From contig NW_027122708.1 of assembly GCF_030686945.1 (NCBI RefSeq), positions 5,802,248-5,866,247 of the forward strand: a stretch of DNA of 64,000 nucleotides, given 5' to 3'. The translations under genes were made by a program, and so were the position numbers. How positions within the stretch are numbered: the first letter of the stretch is position 1; every line of letters starts with the position of its first letter. This document shows positions 21,258 through 32,151 of this stretch, piece after piece. The notes beneath the pieces are model-generated. The model ran no database searches and was not told the origin of the DNA. It saw nothing but the letters and a program-made list of their open reading frames with translations. Source of the stretch: Centruroides vittatus (Eukaryota).

Positions 21258-22215
21258 TACTTAAATGTATAAATTGCTTTGCAAGACTAAAATTGATAAA
21301 GAATCTAATGGTACAAGATATACACATGTATAAGGATGATATGTTTTTTACATCTGTCTAAAGAAATTTTACATACTTGGTTACAAATTTTGGTTAATGT
21401 TACCTTAGGTGCCAAGATGGCGGCGCTTCCAGTCGCCACATTGGATTAGTTGGAAACTGTGCAGTATGTGATACTTTGATAGTAGATCACGTGACGGCAA
21501 GATTCTAAGACCAGATGAAGAGGTTGCCCCCAAACTGTAAACCCCCCTGTGCAAGCATAAAAGTCAAAGGAACCATACCTCTATATGTGACCCTTCGCAA
21601 GATATAGCCCTGCAAAGATGCGCCTACGTCATTTCCAGTCACAACTCCATGCCCAAAAGGAACGCGTCACACGGCCAAATTTTTTTCTTGCTTTTTCCAC
21701 CTCTTAGTGTTTAAAAAAGTGCGCACTTCCCTCTCTTAGCCCCCCAACGCGCGCCTTGCCCTCCTGTACATGCCGCCGCCACTGTCTCCCCCTTGCACGC
21801 ACCCGCAGGCCAAGTCGCCCACCTGCAGTCGTCTGGAGTCACCACCTATTGCCTGTAAAGACAAATATCTATTATTATTTCAGCTCTTACCTGAGCAAAG
21901 ACTCAAACCCCCGTTCTGGCAGGCGCCAGTCCACTTCTCTCTGCACTGGCCCACCAGGTCACTTTGCCCAAAATATTTCAGAACTCATACTTGAGGCATG
22001 CAAGGCCAAGGAACACACTGCATGATGGGCCGTCCAGGCGGTCCCACCTCAGCCAGAGATGCAGTGTGCCTGACCACACGGCCCCACCTCCGCTGCAAAG
22101 TTGAAGCAGGCCGGCTGCAGGTCACATGACCATGGCACGGCCTACTGAAGTTTTATAAGCTTGTAGCTGCCTTGGTGCCGTTGTTCCTAGTTTTACAAGT
22201 GTTTACAGGTATTTG

Positions 22216-22416
22216 CAGTACACTCAAACCTGTTTTTGTGCGGTCTATTTTTGCGTGATTTTTTATTTGTGCGATTTGTTTTGTGTGATTTTTTGTGCGC
22301 GATATATGAATTTCAATCAAATTGGTATACTGCACAAAAATAATTGCACAAAACACATTCCACGTATAAAAAATCGCACAAAAAAAGACCGCACAAAAAC
22401 AGGTTTGAGTGTATGT
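22216..22416. mobile_element. Short MITE (about 200 bp), family with TIR CAGTACACTCAAACCTGTTTTTGTGCGGTC
   Basis: The TIR at 22216-22245 has its inverse GACCGCACAAAAACAGGTTTGAGTGTA at 22389-22416. The interior is a GTGCGATTTTT subrepeat. A family member lies at 30114-30632. Confidence 0.6.
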
Positions 22417-22433
22417 TTACAATTTTTACAGTA

Positions 22434-23057
22434 CAGTAGAGCGCCGTTAACCCACGGTGATTGGGGTCCAAACTGCAGAAAGTGTATGAAAGGCAGTTTT
22501 GAGTCATACTTCCGAAAATTTTCACTTTTAAATTTTACCCCATTTTTGAGGGTCTCAAAAAGTTCACATGTAGTCATTTCGGGGGGCCTGTATCTCGCAA
22601 AGGGTCACTCGTACAGCCATGGTTCAATATTTCAGCTGCAGCTTAGGTGGTCCGCGGCTGAAATATTTTTTGATAATGCATAAATTACAATAAATGAAGT
22701 GATTTACGTTATTCTCAAATTAAAAATCATACACTGTACTTTAAATACAAGTTGATTTTTTGCGGATTTACCGCAGATTAACTTAGTAGCATAGTAAGGT
22801 ATGAATCAATTACAATGGCGGCATCCATAACGCTGACACCAGGCGTGAATAAAACAGATTAGCATTTGAATTTCATTGTAAGTTATTTTATTATTTATTG
22901 ATAAATATAAGACTAATCTTCTGTAAATACCTCTTTGAAGTTATAAGCCAGCATTTAAATATTTAATCCGCGGTAGTGCAAAATTGGGATCCAAGCTTTT
23001 TCTGCGGCTTCAGCCAATTCGCGTGTTACTGACCTGCGGCTTAACGGCGCTCTACTG
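22434..23057. mobile_element. Tc1-like MITE (about 620 bp), TIR CAGTAGAGCGCCGTTAA
   Basis: The left end reads TA|CAGTAGAGCGCCGTTAACCCACGG and the right end GCGGCTTAACGGCGCTCTACTG. A 120-bp internal segment (22505-22630) is repeated directly at 25935-26055. Confidence 0.55.
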
Positions 23058-23126
23058 TCTTTGCAGTATTTTACAATCAGTATTTTACAGTATTTGGAGT
23101 ATTTGTATTTGGCCTGTATTTGTATA

Positions 23127-24777
23127 ATGCCATTCACGTGTGACATGTCAGCGTCTCCCGTTTTGGATCCCGACGACATATTTGAAAACATAACATCGTA
23201 CGCATTTCGTACCTACCTCCCCACCGAAGAGGCCGCCCAGAAATTTTGTCATCTTGTGGGGCTCGTGCCACATCCAGACCTCACCGGTTCCATTCCACTG
23301 TGCCCTCGTTGTGGAGGTAAGCATCGCTTGATTCCTGCATGTACACTACAGTACAGGAACAGCCAATATTCGCGGCGCTACTTTTCTAAGCCGTTTCAAT
23401 GTGTTTGTCATAATTTTGCAGGCCTGATGCAAAAGGAACTGGCTCCACCTGAGAGGTTCGATTTATCTACTGCTGCGAAAAACTGAAAGAAAAGAAAACA
23501 GTTTGACGACGGACAGGCGGCACCTTCCAGAGCGCCGTGTGCACCGGTAGCCTGTCATGTACCCACAATACATTCTTCGACGGGGCGAGACTTTCAGCGC
23601 AAGTATGATATTACAGTCGATCACCGATTTCTGTAATTTGATCGTGCTGATTACGATGACGTATCTATAACAGATGTGTTTTGTTTGTATTTTACAGGTG
23701 CTGACTTTGATATATTCATGGGTCATGCAGCTGCCAGTCACCATTCCCTCGGAGCAATGTCGCGTGGCCCTTGTGACAGCGGTAAATTGGTACAACTTCT
23801 GCTGGGAAGTTGCGGAAGTTTTTGTCTCCCATGCTCAGAACATCCAGCTTGGCGGTGAAGGATTGCACATCGAGGTGACCGTCAACCCACGTTGCTGACT
23901 TTGCCGAAATGTCTGTCTATATTACTTTTTTTTTTTTCTTTCTTTCAGATCGATGAGACCTTCACCCGGAGGCGAAAATACAACCGCGGCTGCGTAGGTG
24001 TAGGCACCCAAATTACAATATTTAGTGCCTACTGTTGGGAAACGTGAGAGCTGATGCACTGGCATGTAAGTAGTAGCGAAACATTACTTCCTTTTATTGT
24101 TTAGTTATCGTGGAAAACACTGTCCGGCAGACATTGGCGCATTTTAGACGTGTTATATTTTCTTGTATTCTTTCAGGTGGACAACAAAAGCAGACGTGTT
24201 CTGTGGAGCCACATGCTCAGATACATCGCTCCAGATTCCATCAGTTTCCAACAGCATGGCCCAGTATCGCGGTTGTGCAGCTTTTTTGGGCTTCTCTGGA
24301 CATAACATCGTCAACCACAGTCGGCGGGGCCCCGGGAGGTAAGAAAGCATGAAACTGTGCTATGTGCTAATTGAAAGAAATGGACGGGCATTATGGAGAA
24401 GCGACATTTATCTGTTTTTTCTTTTTTTTTGTAGATTCGTAGACACAGATGATCCCGAGGCCCATACTCAAAACATTGAGTGCAGAAATAGCTGGCTGAA
24501 GAAGTCCATAAAGTCGCTCCACACGGACAGGAGCCTGCAAAGCTATACCTGCAGTTACGTGTACAGGACGCAGTTCCTGTCCCAGTGGCCAACAACATTG
24601 GCCAAATTCTGGCAGTTTCTACAGGACAGACATCATGGCCGTCTACCTGGGTCCCGGTCGCCAGGGTCTCGAACTCCAGACGATCGGTGCGCCTGTGGAT
24701 CAACATCTGCTGCCAGACATGCCCTATTTCGATGTTCCCGTGCAAGAGGGCGACAAAGAGGAACGGCAGGGGGATGA
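23127..24777 (+). CDS. Merlin/IS1595 (ISXO2-like) transposase gene with spliceosomal introns; at least partly degenerate
   Basis: Recognisable exons lie at 23127-23316 (MPFTCDMSASPVLDPDDIFENITSYAFRTYLPTEEAAQKFCHLVGLVPHPDLTGSIPLCPRCGG; donor G|GTAAGC), 23698-23874 (VLTLIYSWVMQLPVTIPSEQCRVALVTAVNWYNFCWEVAEVFVSHAQNIQLGGEGLHIE; acceptor TTTTACAG, donor GAG|GTGACC), 23949-23993 (IDETFTRRRKYNRGC), about 24172-24336 (..VFCGATCSDTSLQIPSVSNSMAQYRGCAAFLGFSGHNIVNHSRRGPGR; donor AG|GTAAGA), and 24431 to about 24777 (FVDTDDPEAHTQNIECRNSWLKKSIKSLHTDRSL...). The exon-1/exon-2 join and the 23994-24171 interval need frameshifts to stay in frame, so this copy is probably a pseudogene. Confidence 0.55.
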
Positions 24778-25220
24778 CGACCGCCCAGTGAGTAGTGCAG
24801 CCTGTGTGTAGTGCACGCAACCAAATGATACTTCTTGGCGGATGTGAAACCTGGATTATGTGATTTTTCAGACAACATTGAGCGCCACCACCACCACCAC
24901 CTTCGTCATCGACCCCCAGGACCTAGCCGAGGCAGGGACCAGTGGCCTCACCCCGTCCTCACCTACAGAACATCAGGAACAGGCTAGGCGTCGCCAGGTA
25001 GCGAGAGGACGACGTCGTGGGAGAAGCAAGAGGAGACGCTGTTAAAGGTGAGTGCAGAATCTGTTTTCTTGCCCTTTTCCATCGGTAGTTAGAATGTGTT
25101 AGAGATAGCAAAATAGGGTTTAGATGGAAGCAGAATAGAAGACATCTGATGTTCGAAAAGCATTGCTCTTTGCAGCTTTGAGTGTTAACGCAAGGAAAAG
25201 TTTTTATGTCGAGGATTTCG

Positions 25221-25308
25221 TTAAAGGCTTGCCCAATGTGGTTGGTATGGAATGGGTGCCTAATCTCAACATCCATTCTATACTAACGACATTGGGCAAG
25301 CCTTTTAA
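25221..25308. other. 88-nt hairpin of about 33 bp with G:U wobbles and a 14-nt loop (pre-miRNA-like); function unknown
   Basis: The stem TTAAAGGCTTGCCCAATGTGGTTGGTATGGAATGG pairs across the loop GTGCCTAATCTCAA with CATCCATTCTATACTAACGACATTGGGCAAGCCTTTTAA. All mismatches in the inner stem are G:T, meaning G:U pairs in RNA. Confidence 0.3.
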
Positions 25309-25332
25309 CCAACAAGAAGAATGCCCAGCAAG

Positions 25333-25361
25333 CAGTGAAGCTTGTGTGGTGTGTGTGTGTG

Positions 25362-25395
<34 letters not shown>

Positions 25396-25408
25396 ATATA
25401 TATATATA
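25333..25408. repeat. (GT)n followed by (AT)n compound microsatellite
   Basis: The sequence is gtgtggtgtgtgtgtgtgttgtgtgtgtgtgtgtgtgtgtgtgtgtgtggatatatatatatatatag. Confidence 0.9.
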
Positions 25409-27832
25409 TATAGTGCGCGTGACTGAAGGATACTTGTATGCGAAACCTGGATTATATGCGATTGTTCGGACACCATCTTTGTCGTTGTCGAACTCCAGGA
25501 CATAGCCGAGGAGGCGGCGGTGACCGGTGACCTCACCCCGTTCTACACAAGATCGGAAACAGGCTAAACGTTGTCAGGTAGCGAGAGGAGGAGACTCTGT
25601 CGAAGGTGAGTGCAGGATCTGTTTTCTTGGCCTTTTCAGTAGTTAGAGCATGTTAGAGATAGCGCGAAATAGAAGAAGCGCACTCTATTTATGTAGGAGC
25701 AGCGTCGGAGAAAGCGTTGCCTAATTAGTCTTGTTAATCGGGCTTTTCTTTGGCCTTTGCCGACGAGTATCGTTAGAATAGGGCTTGCTGCCTGTTAAAC
25801 GCGCGACAGGCTTAGCGGAGAGAGCGGAGCGAGTTCCGACGGCACTCCCCGGAAGTGGCACCCTCGTGTTTAGGGGGTTTTTAGGAGTCTCTAGTAAGTT
25901 GTAACAGAAAGCGTTCTAAATGCAATTTTTAGTTGTACTTGTGAAAATTTTCACTTTTAAATTTTACCCCATTTTTGAGGGTCTCGAAAAGTTCACATAT
26001 AGTCATTTTGGGGGACCTGTATCTCGCGAAGGCTCGCTCGTACAGCCATGGGTTCATTAGACTTTTTTATTCCTATCAGTATGATCTACAGCTCTGTTAA
26101 GGTCCCAACCGCGTCATTCGGACCTGTAATTGTGCCGAATAGGTTAAGTTAGTACAAGCATCCCCACTGTTTCAGAGACGAGCTGCCATTTCGCTACCAT
26201 AGATAACATTAACCCTAATTTTCAAGCACATTTATAGGCATTATCATTATCATGGTCCTAACCTAATTTGAAATATTCAATTTCCATTAGCTAATAGAAT
26301 TTATGGGCTGGTACAACCTAACCAAAATTCCATCGGAACTTAATTCTACAAAACTCATTGTTGCAGTATTAGCAAAAAACTAAAAAAAAAGTTAAAATTT
26401 AACAACAAATTTTGATGATATTTAATTCAACTTTTCAAATACTATCGTTTAAGAAATATATATTTACCTATTTAACTTCTTGGAAAAAAATATTGTAAAA
26501 AAAGAAATCAAATGTTCCACTACACATACAACGCAACACCGTCAGTGTAGTCTACCTACATGTTAATTTGCATAATTCCACGATAAACAACCATCTAACG
26601 TCATCTAACTCCATACAACGTCAAATCTAACAAATTTGCATATCCGTTCACGATCACATTTTACGTCACGTTCAACGTATTTTCAAATTTCGTCACACTA
26701 TTAACAGATAGCTCCCTCTATCATCAGTACCTCGCGTGACTCTATTTCGAGATTACCAGAAGCGCCGCCATCTTGGCACCTAAGGTAACATTAACCGAAA
26801 TTTTTAATACTGCTTTTTAATCTTAGAAAAATTTTTTAAAAAAAGATTTTTATAAATATTACATGCCTTAATTGAAAAAATACTTGCTTTGTAATCTTTA
26901 TAAAAATCTTTTTTAAAAAACTTTTCTAAATATTACATACCTTAATTTTTTCAATCTTTCTATTTTTGTTAGTGAGATTCCGAATCCGCTTTTTCTAAAA
27001 ACAGGCTACGCCAACTCGAAATTTCCGTACATCTAGTTTGTAATAAGCAACCAATATATAAATACATAAACAGTATACTAGTATCAAATGGACATTACCT
27101 GATGTAAAAGTTTTTTAACTAAAAATTTTTAAGAATTGTTCATTGGATCCTTTTGTGCTTAGATGTGATATAATTTGTTTTTTAGCATTTACAAATAAAA
27201 TAACAAAGTATACTAGTTTGTGTTTAACAAGTAAGTCTTACTTTACTAATTAGACATCGTTACACGACATTAATAAGACTTGCTTCCGCTTTTCGTGGTA
27301 ATGCGGTCTAATACAAATTTGCATATCTTTATGAAATACAGTAATTTGTTTCACAATTTTCGTTTTCACGATCATATGTTTCGATGTTTCACGAAGCATA
27401 GTTAAACCAGTTTTTATTTTAATATTAAAATGTATTTTACAAGACATTTAACCAGTTTTCGTTTATTTTTATGCTCAAATTTTTATTAATATAATTTTTA
27501 GCTTTAAGATTTCAAAACTTTCTTTAAATTTTTTACTATATATGTTTTTTCTTTATGTAAAATTTCAACATTAGACTTATCGATATTACAGTTATTCGTT
27601 AAACAGTGATCGTGGAAAACGGAATTTAATCTATTGTATTTTAGGCCAGCGATGTGTTCTTTTAATCTTATACTTGATTTTCGTCTTGTTTCTCCTATAT
27701 AAGATTAAAAGAACACATCGCTGGCCTAAAATACAATAGATTAAATTCCGTTTTCCACGATCACTGTTTAACGAATAACTGTAATATCGATAAGTCTAAC
27801 GTTGAAATTTTACATAAAGAAAAAAACATATA

Positions 27833-29029
27833 CAGTAAGGCCCCGCTTAACGCTGTTTCGGTATTACGCGGTAGTATTGGAATTCCCCGAGATCGCACGC
27901 AGTGTTGGGATCAAGGCGTAATATCAAATTTTAAAGCTTATTATCTGCGGCGGACATTCCGACAACTGATTGATAAAATAGATGGAGCAGATAAACAATC
28001 CATTAGAGATTTTTGGAAAAGCTATATCATCATGGATGCTGTAGACAACATCAATCTTTCCTGGAATGAGGTGACCGAGAAATGTTTGAAAGGAGTGTGG
28101 AAGAATGTATAGCCGGAGCTAAGCAAGGATGTTGACACAAGAGAATCTATTGTTGATGTCGATGAAATTGTCAAGCTAGCTAATGAAACAGGGTTGGATA
28201 ATATAAATGCGCAGGATATTGAAGAATTATTGCAAGTTACAACTGGAGAAAGTTTTTCCAACGACGCTCTTAAAGAATTAGAACAACAGGTGCATAAAGA
28301 TGACGAAATTAGTGTTTCTAAAGATGAGGAACAAAAGGTTCATCATCTTTAGATGGCTTTCTACGGCTTTTCTAAAAAAAAGTTTAGCTACTATAACGGA
28401 AATAATGGATCAGTTTATACAAAATGATTTCAATTTTGATAGAAGTTCAAAGGCAAGACGAAGTGTCATAGATGCGATGTCTTGTGATCGACAACCGCTT
28501 GCTGAACGAAACAGGAAAAGGCAAACGACGTTAGCAGTAGCGCAGCGAGGGGTGTATCATCCACCGGGCACCATTCTCAGAGGGGCGCCCAAATCGTCTC
28601 CAAGACAAACTATATGTGTTTCTGGAGGGGGAAGAGGGGCGCCAATAAAGTGTCGGGCGCCAGTTATGTTCGCTACGCCACTGGACGTTAGATGACTTCT
28701 TCACAAAGGAACAAAAGATGTCAAATGAGGAAGAACCTTCCTCATCACAAACATAAAAAAAAAAGTTCGAGTAAAGAAGTTATTTTCATGAATGTTTTTT
28801 GAATAAATTTCGATATTAGCAATAAATAAGTCTATAATTAATGTAATAAAAAAGTATTTAACAATAAATGTTACAAAATAAAACAAAAAAAAACTGATAA
28901 ATTTTCTTATTCTCTGTTCTGTTTCACTATCCCCCTTATTTACATGTTAAGATGACCCAGTTTAACGCTGTTTCGTTTAGCGCTCTGTCATCTAGGAACG
29001 CATCCCTCGCGTTAAGCGGGGTCTTACTG
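27833..29029 (+). mobile_element. Tigger/pogo-like internal-deletion derivative (about 1.2 kb) with 22-bp TIRs and TA TSD, inserted at the centre of the foldback
   Basis: The left end reads TA|CAGTAAGGCCCCGCTTAACGCTGTTTCG and the right end CGTTAAGCGGGGTCTTACTG|TA. The host sequence reconstructs to ACATATA|TAGTAAAA, which matches the opposite arm. Internally it encodes a pogo DDE transposase C-terminal region (..SWNEVTEKCLKGVWKNV.PELSKDVD...VDVDEIVKLANETGLDNINAQDIEELLQVTTGESFSNDALKELEQQ...FLKKSLATITEIMDQFIQND..). Confidence 0.7.
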
Positions 29030-30113
29030 TATAGTAAAAAGATTTAAAGAAAGTTTTATTAATATAATTTTTAGCTTTTAAGATTTCAAAACTTTGAGCA
29101 TAAAAATAAACGAAAACTGGTTAAATGTCTTGTAAAATACATTTTAATATTAAAATAAAAACTGGTTTAACTATGCTTCGTGAAACATCGAAACATATGA
29201 TCGTGAAAACGAAAATTGTGAAACAAATTACTGTATTTCATAAAGATATGCAAATTTGTATTAGACCGCATTACCACGAAAAGCGGAAGCAAGTCTTATT
29301 AATGTCGTGTAACGATGTCTAATTTGTAAAGTAAGACTTACTTGTTAAACACAAACTAGTATACTTTGTTATTTTATTTGTAAATGCTAAAAAACATATT
29401 ATATCACATCTAAGCACAAAAGGATCCAATGAACAATTCTTAAAAATTTTTAGTTAAAAAACTTTTACATCAGGTAATGTCCATTTGATACTAGTATACT
29501 GTTTATGTATTTATATATTGGTTGCTTATTACAAACTAGATGTACGGAAATTTCGAGTTGGCGTAGCCTGTTTTTAGAAAAAGCGGATTCGGAATCTCAC
29601 TAACAAAAATAGAAAGATTGAAAAAATTAAGGTATGTAATATTTAGAAAAGTTTTTTAAAAAAGATTTTTATAAGATTAAAAAGCAGTATTAAAAATTTG
29701 TATGTAAAATTTCTTTAGACAGATGTAAAAAACGTATCATCCTTATACATGTGTATACCTTTAAAATTGATAAAGAATCTAATGGTACTACTGTACGTCT
29801 CGTAAAACAATTTATACATTTAAGTATATATTTGTAAAATAGCTTTTCTGTGTAATATTGTCTTGTAAAAAAGAATTTTATGTATAACCTAATTTAATGT
29901 TTAGTTGATTGAGGAGGGGTATCGCCCGAAACGTGTATCAATACTCGTATCAACTAAATAAAGATGATAAAACGCCAAGTGTTTAAATAGTAGCACGATT
30001 TGTGTTCCAGAATCACAGGAAATTAGAAAACACGGTTTCAGAAAATTGGGAAATTTAACTTTAATAGAAAGTTTTTTAAATAAATACCTATGGAACCTAC
30101 CAACTGAATTTTG

Positions 30114-30632
30114 CAGTACAGTCAAACCTGTTTTTATGCGCTCTTTTTATGTGCGATTTTTATTTGTGCGATTTTTTTAATGCGAATTTTTAATTTGTGC
30201 GGTATAGTTGGCGACTAGTCTCGTGCGATTCGTCATGTCTTACGTTGACTTATTATAGCTAAATAAACTTATTATAGCATAAATGCACTTATTATAGTAA
30301 TATTATTGCATGAATATGCGAAAAATGAAATAATTTACTTTTTAAGTCAACAAAACACCACCTGGACAAAAATATGTAAAACAGACGATAGACCAGACGA
30401 TGCAGTCAAGTGCTGACATCTGTTGTCAATAAATTCTATTTCGTACGGTTTTGAGTTATTTTCTATGTGAGACTTTTTTATGCGGTCCCTGTTGACCGCA
30501 TAAAAGAATATTTTTTAAATTGTGTTGCTAAAACTATTATTTACAGCCATTCGTGAAGTTTTGTGAGATTTTTTTTTATGCGTTTTTTTTAATGCGGTCC
30601 CTATCCCCCGCATAAAAACAGGTTTGACTGTA
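30114..30632. mobile_element. MITE (about 520 bp) of the CAGTACAGTCAAACCTGTTTTTATGCG family
   Basis: The left TIR CAGTACAGTCAAACCTGTTTTTATGCGC has its inverse GCGCATAAAAACAGGTTTGACTGTA at 30606-30632. An internal copy of the TIR core lies at 30470-30505, and GTGCGATTTTT subrepeats are present. Confidence 0.6.
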
Positions 30633-32126
30633 TTTATTAATTTTTGCATTGTTTCCCTAAGTTTTCCGAAATCCTCGAATAGCAGAAGCGGTTACTATTC
30701 CAGGGCGATTATTATGATAAGCTTTAACGACGACATGCAGTTACTATTTGAATAAAACCGGTAAATATAATTCGAAGTTTTAATTAGATATGATTAAATA
30801 TCCAATTAATTGTTACCGTTTTCAATTTAATTAATGTAAGGTACTTTCTCTTAGTGAGTCACGAAAATCGATATTAAAAAAACATTAGAATAAAATAGGG
30901 TAGAGGCACTGAAAATGAATTCATAGAACCAATAGGACAATAACAGGAAAAATTTGGGAACCACCGCTCTAAATGGTTGCAGTGTAATCGGTCAGCTCTG
31001 GGATGCAATTAGTGGAAGAAATTTCATGTCATAATGCATACGCTACCATCGACTTTTGCATGGATAAAAAGAAGAATGTGTTTCCAAAATGAAAAACATT
31101 TAAAATGTAAGAAATTAAATAAACTTTTTTATACACCTGTAACTAGTTAATTTAATCAGATTTTGAATCAGCTGATATAAGAATTAAGCCTAGATCAACC
31201 TTACTGCGTCCTATGAAGTCTAAGATCAATGGTTTTCAACTTTTATAAAACTAATAAAAACTAGCAAAAAAACCAGAATGGTAATTACATTTAAACAATT
31301 TTAACAAAAAAAAACTACACAGGAATTCTTTCTTTATCCATCGTCGTTTTCAACTTCAAGCATAAGTCTTGCCGCAGAGTCGACCTTTTATTGTTGTCTA
31401 TTATCAGTCTCAATATTTAAAACATGTAAAAGAAATTTTCCTTTGGCAATGGCTAAAATCGTACATGTGTATATAACAGCATTAATAAAACTAGTAAATT
31501 GTCAGGACAATAATTACATTTTAAATATTCACAAGAAGCTGTAAGACTTTGTTCCTGAGATGCGGATTGAAGAAAGATGAAGAATCTGTTTTTTCTTCTG
31601 TTAATTTCTTGTGAAAATATATATTTTTAAAATTTTTTTGTAAATTTTTTAGTTTTTTCAATTTTGTCAAAGAAATTAGTCGTGAAATTGGCTTATTATG
31701 TTTAAAACATTTAAGACGACAAAATACAGGCGCACAATTGATTTAATTCAAGGTCTATTTTAATTTTTTGAAATCGCATTATGAGAGATCGCGTACAAGA
31801 AGGGATATACCCTGTATACACTAAGGGTGGATCAATAAATATCCAGCCAAAAGCAATAGCATGGCTGATTGCCCCGGATGGTTCTTTATTGATCCACTCT
31901 TATACACAGTATGTACAGTACTTGTATCAGGCTGTTAAAAAAGTGATTTATTTCTCAACGTTAAAAAGTTAATTACAATTTTGTAATTATTTAGATTAAT
32001 TATTAATGTTTCTACAAGTAATTACTTGTGTAATTTGTCAAAGGCATTAACTATGTCATAATTTATGAGATCGATAAAAAAAAATCATCATAGATTTGTT
32101 AAAACTTAGGAAAGATTAATTGTAGC

Positions 32127-32151
32127 AAAAAAAAAAAAAAAAAAAAAAAAT
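32127..32151. repeat. Poly(A) tract of 25 nt
   Basis: The sequence gcaaaaaaaaaaaaaaaaaaaaaaaaatg could be the tail of a retroposon, but I did not recognise one. Confidence 0.8.

Larger units (their letters stand above)
24786..25640 (+). repeat. Tandem duplication (two diverged units of about 300 bp) of the transposase 3' end/3' UTR, separated by a spacer containing a hairpin and a microsatellite
   Basis: The stretch 24786-25080 aligns to 25421-25680 (...GAAACCTGGATTAT(G/A)TG...CAGGTAGCGAGAGGA...AAGGTGAGTGCAG(A/G)ATCTGTTTTCTTG(C/G)CCTTTTC...GTTAGAGATAGC...). Confidence 0.55.
21392..26796 (+). mobile_element. Merlin-superfamily (IS1016/IS1595-like) DNA transposon, 5.4 kb, 38-bp TIRs, 8-bp TSD; inserted in the left arm of the foldback
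   Basis: The left TIR GGTTAATGTTACCTTAGGTGCCAAGATGGCGGCGCTTC has its perfect inverse at 26759-26796. The flanks are CAAATTTT (21384-21391) and GAAATTTT (26797-26804). The right arm of the foldback lacks the element. It carries a transposase with the motifs IDE(T/S)KFG.RKYNRG...VNHS...HTQNIE. It also contains nested MITEs, a tandem duplication and microsatellites. Confidence 0.7.
20690..30062. repeat. Large foldback / inverted duplication: left arm 20690 to about 27685 and right arm about 27685 to 30062, about 1.2 kb each after removing three nested insertions
   Basis: The stretch 20690-20901 plus 21260-21391 is the reverse complement of 29700-30062. The stretch 26805-27673 is the reverse complement of 27697-27832 plus 29032-29700. 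Identical 65-aa ORFs at 27250-27447 (minus strand) and 29125-29322 (plus strand) are a by-product of this symmetry. The centre is a near-perfect palindrome 27541-27840 with a 23-nt loop. The arms contain tandem subrepeats of about 40 bp (AAAGATTTTTATAAATATTACATGCCTTAATT-like). Confidence 0.65.

Noticed and set aside
27250-29322. Identical 65-aa ORFs (MSCKIHFNIKIKTGLTMLRETSKHMIVKTKIVKQITVFHKDMQICIRPHYHEKRKQVLLMSCNDV) at 27250-27447 (minus strand) and 29125-29322 (plus strand) as a duplicated gene
   Set aside because: They lie at mirror positions in the two arms of the foldback palindrome, so identity is forced by the inverted repeat. The sequence is AT-rich with no recognisable domain.
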